In this document: positions 49,461 to 57,623 of the stretch, in pieces
Numbering within the stretch: position 1 is the first letter of the stretch
Layout: the number at the start of each line of letters is the position of its first letter
DNA from: an uncultured Ohtaekwangia sp.
GTDB lineage: Bacteria; Bacteroidota; Bacteroidia; Cytophagales; Cyclobacteriaceae
Assembly: GCA_964349405.1 (NCBI GenBank)
Contig: CAYGGY010000003.1
Span: 63,908 to 127,907 of the forward strand
DNA: 64,000 nucleotides
Reading direction: 5' to 3'
Notes under the pieces: generated by a model
What the model was told of the DNA's origin: nothing
Seen by the model: only the letters and a program-made list of their open reading frames with translations
The model's database searches: none
Made by a program: the position numbers and the translations under genes

Positions 49461-50389
49461 ACAGAAAGGTTTTGAGAGGCGTGATATTTTTTAAAGTAGA
49501 ACAGGAGTGCTGCAAAAATCAATGTGAAGCTGGCAACTAAAGGCCAGGGTGCGGCCTCCGGTGAATCCATATCAACCGTAATAGTACCTCTCTGATAGAG
49601 ATACATCATAAGCACAGAAAAACCATTGTTCACAAAATGGGCTATCATGGGAAAAAGTAAATTACCTGACCATACATAAAGATACCCGAACAAGGCACCC
49701 AGCAACATACGGGGCACGAATCCGAAAAATTGCATATGAAAGGCACTGAAGATAATGGCTGAAACCCAAATAGCAGCATGATGATTTCCGCTCGCACGAT
49801 AAATTTCAGGTTGTAGCATTCCGCGAAAAACCAATTCTTCTCCTATGGCAGGTAACAAGGCGATTACCACAACACCAAAAAGAAAATCCCCGGTGGAATT
49901 GAATGTGGTGAAAAATTTAGTGAGTAGTTCTGCTTTGGTTTCTTGTGCACGCGCCCAATCTCCAAATTCCTTCATAAAATCAGGGAAGGTGAAGGCTGCA
50001 TTCCATTCAATAAAAATAGTATTGATAGCCATGAAAGATATAACGATCAGAGCGGTGACAACCAGGATTAACATTGATACTGACTTTCCTTTTATCCACG
50101 AAAAAGCGTTTTTTCTTTCGATTGACCACGTGTATAAATAGGGTATCAATATTAGCCCTATTGTGGTGGCGCAACCCTGCATGATTAATATTGGTAGCCT
50201 TATTTCTGGGTGAGCGGCAGGGTTAGAAAGTTTGGAAGTCAGGTCGAAAATAGTGCCATCATAAAATGGCATCGCAACCAAAAAGCCTATAAGTGGCCCT
50301 ATCACTACAAAACCGAAGGTGGCAGTGAGTAGAATAAAAATAATAGATAACCACGCTGGCCTTTGGGAAATTCCCGACAGTTCCGACAT
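49457..50389 (-). CDS. CPBP (Abi/CAAX) family intramembrane metalloprotease
   Basis: EELVFRG, FSAFH and HFVNN motifs. Confidence 0.9.
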   Translation of the reverse strand: MSELSGISQRPAWLSIIFILLTATFGFVVIGPLIGFLVAMPFYDGTIFDLTSKLSNPAAHPEIRLPILIMQGCATTIGLILIPYLYTWSIERKNAFSWIKGKSVSMLILVVTALIVISFMAINTIFIEWNAAFTFPDFMKEFGDWARAQETKAELLTKFFTTFNSTGDFLFGVVVIALLPAIGEELVFRGMLQPEIYRASGNHHAAIWVSAIIFSAFHMQFFGFVPRMLLGALFGYLYVWSGNLLFPMIAHFVNNGFSVLMMYLYQRGTITVDMDSPEAAPWPLVASFTLIFAALLFYFKKYHASQNLSV

Positions 50390-50403
50390 CTCAACAAAAG
50401 GGT

Positions 50404-50411
50404 TAATTTTG
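50404..50411 (+). promoter_or_regulatory. -7 promoter element upstream of dusB
   Basis: TAATTTTG in the divergent gap between the CPBP gene and dusB. Confidence 0.5.
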
Positions 50412-50449
50412 CGGCCGCAAACAACGGAGTTTTAATCAAATTATCAAAC

Positions 50450-51439
50450 TTGGTAAAGATCGGTGATATTGAATTAGGAGAGTTTCCACTTTTACTCGCG
50501 CCCATGGAGGATGTGAGTGATCCGCCTTTTCGTGCCGTTTGCAAACAAGGTGGTGCCGATTTGATGTACACCGAATTTATTTCGTCTGAAGGATTGATTC
50601 GTGATGCCGCTAAGAGTCGCCAGAAACTCGACATATTTGAATATGAGCGTCCCATTGGAATCCAGTTATTTGGTGGAGATATTGGAAACATGGTGCAGTC
50701 GGCTGAGATTGCCACCGAGGTTAATCCCGACCTGATTGACATTAATTATGGATGCCCGGTAAAAGCCGTGGCTTGTCGAGGAGCAGGGGCAGCCCTACTT
50801 CAGGATATTCCGAAAATGGTGAAGATGACGGAGGAAATTGTGAAGGCAACGCACCTTCCGGTGACAGTGAAAACAAGACTTGGGTGGGATGACGCTACTA
50901 AAAATGTGGTAGAAGTTGCTGAACGGTTGCAGGATATTGGCATCAAAGCATTAACAATCCATGGGCGCACACGCGTGCAGATGTATAAAGGTTCAGCCGA
51001 TTGGACGTTGATCGGAAAGATCAAAGAAAATCAGCGCATGAATATACCCGTGTTTGGCAATGGCGATGTTGATACTCCACAAAAGGCATTGGAGTATCGA
51101 AACCGATATGGTGTTGACGGTATTATGATTGGTCGTGCAGCCATTGGTTCGCCTTGGGTGTTTAATGAAATCAAACATTATTTTAATACAGGTACGTTAT
51201 TGCCTCCGCCAGATATGGCAGAACGTGTAGCTATTGCACGCAAACATCTTGAGTTTTCCATTCGCTGGAAGGGAGACAAACTGGGTATTTTTGAAATGCG
51301 CAGACATTATACAAACTATTTCAAAGGAACTCCTGATTTTAAACCCTATAGAGCCCGTCTTGTTGAAGCACCAACCATGGAGGAAGTGAACCGTATTCTG
51401 GATGAAGTGATTGATGTATTTGGTAACGTATCTGTATAA
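50450..51439 (+). CDS. dusB: tRNA-dihydrouridine synthase B
   Basis: LAPMEDV, DINYGCP, VTVKTRLG, IHGRT, GNGDV, MIGRAA. The TTG at 50450 is preferred because the ORF-track start at 50363 overlaps the divergent gene. Confidence 0.93.
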   Translation: MVKIGDIELGEFPLLLAPMEDVSDPPFRAVCKQGGADLMYTEFISSEGLIRDAAKSRQKLDIFEYERPIGIQLFGGDIGNMVQSAEIATEVNPDLIDINYGCPVKAVACRGAGAALLQDIPKMVKMTEEIVKATHLPVTVKTRLGWDDATKNVVEVAERLQDIGIKALTIHGRTRVQMYKGSADWTLIGKIKENQRMNIPVFGNGDVDTPQKALEYRNRYGVDGIMIGRAAIGSPWVFNEIKHYFNTGTLLPPPDMAERVAIARKHLEFSIRWKGDKLGIFEMRRHYTNYFKGTPDFKPYRARLVEAPTMEEVNRILDEVIDVFGNVSV

Positions 51440-51526
51440 AAAATAATAGGAAGAAGGCGCATTTGAATTGCTGCATCGAATGTCGTTCTTTGGGCCGTCT
51501 TTTTCAGGCGCCACAAGCATTACCTT

Positions 51527-52405
51527 ATGTCTCAAAACAAAAACACCTCTGCGCTATTTTTACTAATTGTATTGTCTCTCATTTGGGGTACTTCATTCAT
51601 TCTAATCAAACAAGGTCTTAAAGCATTTTCACCGGATGTGGTTGGTGCACTACGGGTGACCGCTGCCTCTATTTTTTTATTACCGTTGGCCTTGCCCCGA
51701 TTAAAAGAATTGAAGCCGGGTGATCCTTATAAATTACTATTGTCAGGATTAATGGGTGTATTCTTTCCGGCATTTCTTTTTGCCTTTGCACAAACGAAAT
51801 TAAATAGTTCATTGGCAGGCATCCTCAACACTCTTTCCCCATTGTGGACGATGATGCTGGGTGCGTTGTTTTTCACACAACGTTTTCGTGGATATGCTGT
51901 AGTAGGCATTATACTTTCTTTTTTAGGTGCTGTTATGTTAGCACTGTCGCGCAGTGGTGGCACGATCACCGGGTTTAATGTCTATGCACTTTTGATTGTC
52001 GCGGCTTGTGCTTTATATGGAGCGAATCTCAATTGGGTAAAATTCAAAATCCATGATTTAGGATCCATTACCATTACGAGTATATCCATACTTTTTGTAG
52101 GGCCTATTGCTGCCGCCTATCTTTTTTTCTTTACAGATTTTACTCATACGATGGCAACTGACCCCGAAGCATGGAAGGCTTTTGGGTTTATCGTGTTGCT
52201 GGCATTTATGAGTACAGCCGTAGCAGGACTCCTGTTTAACAAATTGCTCCGAATATCTTCTCCACTCTATACAAGTTCAGTAACTTACATCATGCCGATT
52301 GTGGCAGTGATGTGGGGAGTGATTGATGGTGAAAAATTATTGACAGGTCATTTTATTGGAATGGCCGCAATTCTTGGAGGAGTTTATCTGGCAAACAAAA
52401 AATGA
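51527..52405 (+). CDS. EamA/DMT family transporter
   Basis: IWGTSF start, two similar 5-TM halves, C-terminal GE...G..IL.GVYL. Confidence 0.9.
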   Translation: MSQNKNTSALFLLIVLSLIWGTSFILIKQGLKAFSPDVVGALRVTAASIFLLPLALPRLKELKPGDPYKLLLSGLMGVFFPAFLFAFAQTKLNSSLAGILNTLSPLWTMMLGALFFTQRFRGYAVVGIILSFLGAVMLALSRSGGTITGFNVYALLIVAACALYGANLNWVKFKIHDLGSITITSISILFVGPIAAAYLFFFTDFTHTMATDPEAWKAFGFIVLLAFMSTAVAGLLFNKLLRISSPLYTSSVTYIMPIVAVMWGVIDGEKLLTGHFIGMAAILGGVYLANKK

Positions 52406-52485
52406 TCGATTTTGCCTGAAGCCAGTTTCAATTTCATGCAATGGTAGTGCAGCATCTTTAATCTAAATTAATTTTTTTATCTCGC

Positions 52486-52515
52486 TGAAATACTTTCACA
52501 GTATAAAGTATTTCA
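52486..52515. promoter_or_regulatory. AT-rich perfect inverted repeat (candidate operator) upstream of the GMC gene
   Basis: TGAAATACTTT-cacagtat-AAAGTATTTCA: 11-bp perfect arms with an 8-nt spacer. Confidence 0.4.
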
Positions 52516-52732
52516 CAGAGTAATCCTGAATTTAAACCACTTAAGGAAAAGAATTTTTTACTTGTTTAATTACACTTTGTCTCATAAATGATTTTGTAGG
52601 CGTGAGTTCACAAACTGGTTTGCCCATACCATTGATTTCAATTTCTTTTGTTCATATCAAATTTGTTGGCTAGTGTTGAATGAATTGATAGATTTAAGAC
52701 TCTTCAAAATTCATTACTATTAATTATTATCC

Positions 52733-54430
52733 ATGCCAACTTCACCAAACACCTACGATGCTATTGTAATCGGCTCCGGAATTTCAGGAGGCTGGGCAGC
52801 TAAAGAACTTTGTGATAACGGATTAAAAACGTTGGTGCTCGAACGAGGCCGCAATATCGAGCACATCAAAGATTATCCGACAGCCACCAAAAACCCCTGG
52901 GAGTTTCCCCACCGGGGCCACTTGCCTTTAAATGTTATGGAAGAAAATCCTATCGCAGGAAGGTGCTATGCATTTGAAGAAGCTACTGAAGATTTTTTTG
53001 TGAAAGATAAAGACCACCCCTACGTTCAGGAAAAACCGTTTGACTGGATTCGTGGCTATCAGGTGGGTGGCAAATCTCTGATGTGGGCACGTGAATGCCA
53101 GCGGTGGAGCAATTTTGAATTTACGGCCCCCGCTCGATATGGCTATGGTATCGACTGGCCGATACGTTACGAAGATTTGGCGCCTTGGTATTCGCATGTA
53201 GAAACCTTCGCTGGCATCTGTGGTAATCCGGATGGGCTGGAAGCTATGCCAGATGGTGTGTTTCAACCTCCCTTTGAAATGAATTGCGTGGAAAAAGAAT
53301 TACAGAAAAAAATATCCAGCAGATATAAAGACCGCTTTATGGTGCATGGCCGTGGAGCCCACCTGACCCAACCCAATGAGATTCATTTGAAACAAGGAAG
53401 AGGCCAATGCCAGGCAAGGGATTTATGTGCGCGTGGGTGTCCCTATGGTGGATACTTCAGTTCTGTATCGGCCACGTTGCCCTGGGCTCAAAAAACCGGC
53501 AATCTTACTATACGACCATTTTCCGTGGTTCATTCAATTATATATGATGAGCAAAGTGGAAAAGCATCTGGAGTAAGAATAGTAGATGCGATCACAAAAG
53601 AAACAATTGACTATTCAGCAAGAATAATTTTTGTCAATGCATCTTGCCTAAACAGCAATCTCATCTTGTTGAACTCAACGTCCGCTCGTTTTCCAAACGG
53701 ACTGGGAAACGATAATGGGCTTCTAGGAAAACATATTATTTTTCACAATTACCGTGGATCGTTGACGGCCTCATATGATGGCCCTGAAGATCAATATTAT
53801 TATGGGCGTAGTCCATCGAAGCCCATTATCGCGAATTACAGAAACCTGCATAAACAGGATACTGATTATGTGGGAGGTTTTTTGTCATTCATCGGAGCGT
53901 ATCGCTCACGGGGAAAGAAGATTGCCGGACAAGAGAAGATTGGTGCCGATTTAAAAAATTCCTTGGCCGAACCAGGGGAATGGAAAGTATACATGTCTAT
54001 GCAGGGGGAAACTATTCCGAAAGAATCAAATCATGTTCGCTTGAGTGAAGATCAAAAAGATCAGTGGGGCATTCCATTATTAGTTACTTCCGTGGACTAT
54101 GATGATAACGATGAAAAAATGGTTAGAGATTTTCTTATGCAAAGCACTGAAATGCTGAAGGCAGCAGGATGCACCAATATTGAACAGCATGACAGTCTTC
54201 AAGCGCCCGGTCTGGACATTCACGAGATGGGTGGTGTGCGAATGGGCCATGATCCTAAAACTTCTTTACTGAATAAATGGAATCAATTACATCATTGTAA
54301 AAATGTATTTGTTACCGATGGTGCCTGCATGACCAGCACCGGCAATCAAAACCCATCTGTTTTTTATATGGCCATTACCGCCAGGGCAGTCAATTATGCA
54401 GTGGAGGAATTTAAGAAAATGAATTTATAA
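52733..54430 (+). CDS. GMC-family flavoprotein oxidoreductase (glucoside 3-dehydrogenase / gluconate dehydrogenase large-subunit type)
   Basis: IVIGSGISGG FAD-binding motif, GGKSLMW, CARGCPYG, HEMGG active-site His, NVFVTDGA; no signal peptide. Confidence 0.9.
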   Translation: MPTSPNTYDAIVIGSGISGGWAAKELCDNGLKTLVLERGRNIEHIKDYPTATKNPWEFPHRGHLPLNVMEENPIAGRCYAFEEATEDFFVKDKDHPYVQEKPFDWIRGYQVGGKSLMWARECQRWSNFEFTAPARYGYGIDWPIRYEDLAPWYSHVETFAGICGNPDGLEAMPDGVFQPPFEMNCVEKELQKKISSRYKDRFMVHGRGAHLTQPNEIHLKQGRGQCQARDLCARGCPYGGYFSSVSATLPWAQKTGNLTIRPFSVVHSIIYDEQSGKASGVRIVDAITKETIDYSARIIFVNASCLNSNLILLNSTSARFPNGLGNDNGLLGKHIIFHNYRGSLTASYDGPEDQYYYGRSPSKPIIANYRNLHKQDTDYVGGFLSFIGAYRSRGKKIAGQEKIGADLKNSLAEPGEWKVYMSMQGETIPKESNHVRLSEDQKDQWGIPLLVTSVDYDDNDEKMVRDFLMQSTEMLKAAGCTNIEQHDSLQAPGLDIHEMGGVRMGHDPKTSLLNKWNQLHHCKNVFVTDGACMTSTGNQNPSVFYMAITARAVNYAVEEFKKMNL

Positions 54431-54726
54431 TACGATCAGGAATTACACAGAATTTTAAAAAATCTCCGCAAAAAAGGTATTTAGAAAAAATAAGAATCAA
54501 CAGGTATATATCCTAAAATATTACTGAGGATACGTCACCACAATGGGGCTTACAAGTCAATTAAACCCTATGAATACCAAAATTCCATTCCTACGTAATT
54601 TTTTTAAGCTACTCAATACGAATAGAATGGTGCATTTTAATTCAATGTAAAACTTTAGTTACGGTGTAGACATCTTAAACATGAACTGATAAAATTTTAA
54701 TTTTTAGTCTCTAAAGAAAATAATTT

Positions 54727-55152
54727 ATGGTTACCAAAATAAATGGATTTCTGATTACTGTGTTTTTATTTTTAACCAATTCAGTCAACAGCTACGCACA
54801 ATTTAACAAAACATATAGTAGCGATATTAACTATAAGCCACTAAGCTACCAGGTATGTACAGAAACAGCAGAACATAGAACTGATATAAAAATTGGAATG
54901 GAATTTATATTGGAGGCAACGACCAATGAAAAAATAACGCTAAACCAGATTTGGATTTTCCCAAAAGAAATAGCTGATGAGAAAGGAGCTAAGTTTAAAG
55001 AAGTACGGACAAGTATTGAAAAGCCAACTAATGAAAAGATTAATTTGTCATTCAATATGAGCGAATCTAGCAATCTTATAAGGGGAAAATGGAAATACAG
55101 GCTCTATCACAAAAAAAAATTACTCGTAGAGAAGGAATTTTGGATAGAGTAA
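54727..55152 (+). CDS. AT-rich secreted hypothetical protein, DUF3859-like beta-sandwich
   Basis: Signal peptide; IKIGMEF...IWIFP...GKWKYRLYHKKKLLVEKEFWI resembles the DUF3859 pattern as I recall it. Confidence 0.55.
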   Translation: MVTKINGFLITVFLFLTNSVNSYAQFNKTYSSDINYKPLSYQVCTETAEHRTDIKIGMEFILEATTNEKITLNQIWIFPKEIADEKGAKFKEVRTSIEKPTNEKINLSFNMSESSNLIRGKWKYRLYHKKKLLVEKEFWIE

Positions 55153-55306
55153 TAATTAGTGCACGATTAATTTTCTGATAATTACGAATAATGCCAAATA
55201 TTTTAAATATGGTTCCGGTCTCTTTTCTTTGAATAGCACATCTTAAAATAAAATTTAAAAACTAATGATGCCTTCTTTAAAGTGAATAATCTTTACCTGA
55301 CTAATA

Positions 55307-56650
55307 TTACAACAGTTCATTCGCCAAATTCGCTAACTCAGATCGTTCTCCTTTTTCAAGGGTAATGTGAGCATACAATTCATGATCTTTCAATCGGTCA
55401 ATCAGGTATGATAATCCATTACTTTGCGTATCAAGGTAGGGCGTATCAATCTGGTAAATATCTCCGGTAAAAATAATCTTGGTGTTTTCTCCCGCCCGTG
55501 TGATGATGGTTTTTACTTCATGGGGTGTCAGATTTTGGGCTTCATCCACAATGAAACAAATGTTGGATAGACTTCTGCCGCGGATGTAGGCAAGCGGAGT
55601 GATCACTAGTTTTTCATTCGTGACCATTTCTGTGATCTTCGAATATTCTTTATCGGATTCACTGTATTGATTCTGAATAAATTTAAGATTGTCCCACAGC
55701 GGCTCCATATAAGGGTTCAACTTTGACTTGATATCTCCCGGTAAGAAGCCAATGTCTTTATTGCTAAGAGGCACGATGGGGCGTGCCAGGTAGATTTGTT
55801 TATATTCTCTTTTTTGTTCAAGTGCTGCGGCTAATGCAATCAATGTTTTACCTGTTCCGGCTACGCCTTGCATGGAGACTAATCGTATCTCGGGTTTTAG
55901 CATGGCGTGCATTGCAAAGGCCTGTTCTGCATTGCGTGGCTTAATGCCATACACATTTCTTTTTTCTACTTGCTCTACCATGCCGTTGGCGGAGTTGTAA
56001 AATGCCAGCACTGATTTTTTTCCACTCTTCAATATAAAGTAGTGGTTTTTCATAGGCTTGTTTTTCCCCAGCACATCTTCAGGTGGGCAATATCCTTTTT
56101 CATACATCAGGTTTATAATGGCAGGGTCCACGTCATCAATCACGGTGCGGCCTGTGTGTAGTGAACTGATGTTCTGTATTTTGCCTGTGGTGTAATCTTC
56201 TGCCTGCAAGCCCAACGCTTTTGCCTTTAGGCGAAGGTTTACATCTTTCGATACCAGGATCACTTTTCTGCCCTTCTCTTCTTTCTGTAAAACCAGTGCG
56301 GAATTAAGTATGCGATGATCGGCCTTGTCTTCATTGAATACTTTATTAGCATCAACCTGGCTGGTGCCGCTGGTGTCCATCACTACTTTAAAGTTTCCTT
56401 TTCCTTTTCCGTTGATGGGATTCCAATGATGTAGCATCTGGTCTTTCGCCAGCTTATCGATGAGTCGTATAAACTCACGCGCCTCAAAATTTTTGGTGTC
56501 GTTGCCTTTTTTGAAATTATCGAGTTCTTCCAATACGGTGATGGGAATGCCCACATCGTGTTCGTCAAAGTTTAAGATACTGTTGTGCTCGTAAATAATA
56601 ACGGAAGTGTCCAGCACGAAAATCTTCTTGTCTTTATCTTTCTTGGCCAT
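55307..56650 (-). CDS. PhoH-family ATPase with N-terminal PIN domain (PhoH2/YlaK-like)
   Basis: PIN acidic residues in VLDTSV, VLEELD, ADHRIL, SKDVNL; PhoH motifs PRNAEQ, GVAGTGKT, YIRGRS, IVDEAQN, TGDIYQID. Confidence 0.92.
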   Translation of the reverse strand: MAKKDKDKKIFVLDTSVIIYEHNSILNFDEHDVGIPITVLEELDNFKKGNDTKNFEAREFIRLIDKLAKDQMLHHWNPINGKGKGNFKVVMDTSGTSQVDANKVFNEDKADHRILNSALVLQKEEKGRKVILVSKDVNLRLKAKALGLQAEDYTTGKIQNISSLHTGRTVIDDVDPAIINLMYEKGYCPPEDVLGKNKPMKNHYFILKSGKKSVLAFYNSANGMVEQVEKRNVYGIKPRNAEQAFAMHAMLKPEIRLVSMQGVAGTGKTLIALAAALEQKREYKQIYLARPIVPLSNKDIGFLPGDIKSKLNPYMEPLWDNLKFIQNQYSESDKEYSKITEMVTNEKLVITPLAYIRGRSLSNICFIVDEAQNLTPHEVKTIITRAGENTKIIFTGDIYQIDTPYLDTQSNGLSYLIDRLKDHELYAHITLEKGERSELANLANELL

Positions 56651-56666
56651 AGTGGTGAGTTAAGCT

Positions 56667-56735
56667 AAAAAAAATGCGAAGACACGTTTCTTACAATGTT
56701 GAAAAATAACCTTGCAAGTATAAACAGGTCTTCGC
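56667..56735 (-). terminator. Long hairpin plus U8 tract (terminator/attenuator-like) immediately upstream of the PIN-PhoH start codon
   Basis: Minus-strand RNA GCGAAGAC cu GUUU aua CUUGCAA g GUU auuuuuc AAC a UUGUAAG AAAC gu GUCUUCGC a UUUUUUUU, then 16 nt to AUG; 22 possible pairs including one G-U. Confidence 0.6.
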
Positions 56736-56827
56736 GTCATTCATTCTGTATGCTAAATCTACTGAAAGCGGTTGTGAAAATGCAATGGATTTGGATAATC
56801 TTTTTTAGTTTAACTACAGCATAGAGT

Positions 56828-56835
56828 CAAATTTA
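56828..56835 (-). promoter_or_regulatory. -7 promoter element for the PIN-PhoH leader
   Basis: Minus strand TAAATTTG about 180 nt upstream of the ATG; no clear -33 element at canonical spacing. Confidence 0.4.
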
Positions 56836-56863
56836 CTTTGGTCAAAATTAGTTAGGAACTGCA

Positions 56864-56895
56864 AGCTTTGAGTTACCAGCCAATTCTCGTGGCTT
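56864..56895. repeat. Degenerate AGCT-type heptamer inverted repeat
   Basis: AGCTTTG AGTTACC AGC caatt CTCGTGGCTT; shares both ends with 29110-29155. Confidence 0.6.
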
Positions 56896-56930
56896 GTAGT
56901 ATTTTAATTACGGAGAACGGAAATGTTATA

Positions 56931-57623
56931 CTATACCCTGGAATACAAATCGCCTTTTTCGGAGGCGGTGATTTTTAATACGTTGGCAAGCACGAGTAAA
57001 ATAAGTTTCCTCCTTGCCTTGAAACGATTGAGTCCTGATAATTTTTGGTAGGCCGGTAAACTGATAGCATGGTGCTCATGAAGATAGGCCATTAAAATTT
57101 TCTCAGCGTCACCAAAGGTAAAACGAATGTCATGGTTATGTTTTGATCTGCGCACGATCTCTTCCATTTCAGCACTGGCTTTTATACTCATGTCTTTTTC
57201 ACGCACAAAACTTTGCCTTAAATCTTTGCCTAGAACTAGATAATGTGGACGCTTTGAACTTGGTGGGATGTCAAATCTTACTATATATTTCTTTTCGGAA
57301 ATAGGGATGATTGATTCTTTATAGAGCAGAGTAGGTCTGCAATAATTTTTTATAGCTTCATTGATTACATGACCTTCTTCCTCAGGATACTTTACGCCCG
57401 GAATGGTTCCGTCATCATCTACACCAATCAACAAAGTACCTCCTTCTGTGTTTGCAAAAGCAATCAGTTCGCGCACAATTTTTTCAGGGTAAGTGGCCTT
57501 GCGCTTGAATTCAAGTTGCAGGCCTTCCCCTTCGGCTACTAATTTTTTTAACTCACGAACACCGGCATAGTTAACGTTTGCCGCTTCCGAAGTCTTCATC
57601 GTCATCTGATTCATCTTCGTCAT
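56931..57623 (-). CDS. Schlafen/AlbA_2-domain protein with probable C-terminal winged helix; start uncertain (in-frame ATGs at 57623, 57614, 57605, 57599)
   Basis: EGLQLEFKRK and AFANTEGGTLLIGVDD motifs; C-terminal ILMAYLHEHHAISLPAYQKLSGL...ARRKL helix pattern. The start overlaps the end of the upstream AAA+ gene. Confidence 0.85.
   Translation of the reverse strand: MTKMNQMTMKTSEAANVNYAGVRELKKLVAEGEGLQLEFKRKATYPEKIVRELIAFANTEGGTLLIGVDDDGTIPGVKYPEEEGHVINEAIKNYCRPTLLYKESIIPISEKKYIVRFDIPPSSKRPHYLVLGKDLRQSFVREKDMSIKASAEMEEIVRRSKHNHDIRFTFGDAEKILMAYLHEHHAISLPAYQKLSGLNRFKARRKLILLVLANVLKITASEKGDLYSRV

Noticed and set aside
50363-50449. Apparent N-terminal extension of DusB
   Set aside because: It overlaps the CPBP start and contains the -7 promoter element; the TTG at 50450 matches the usual family start.
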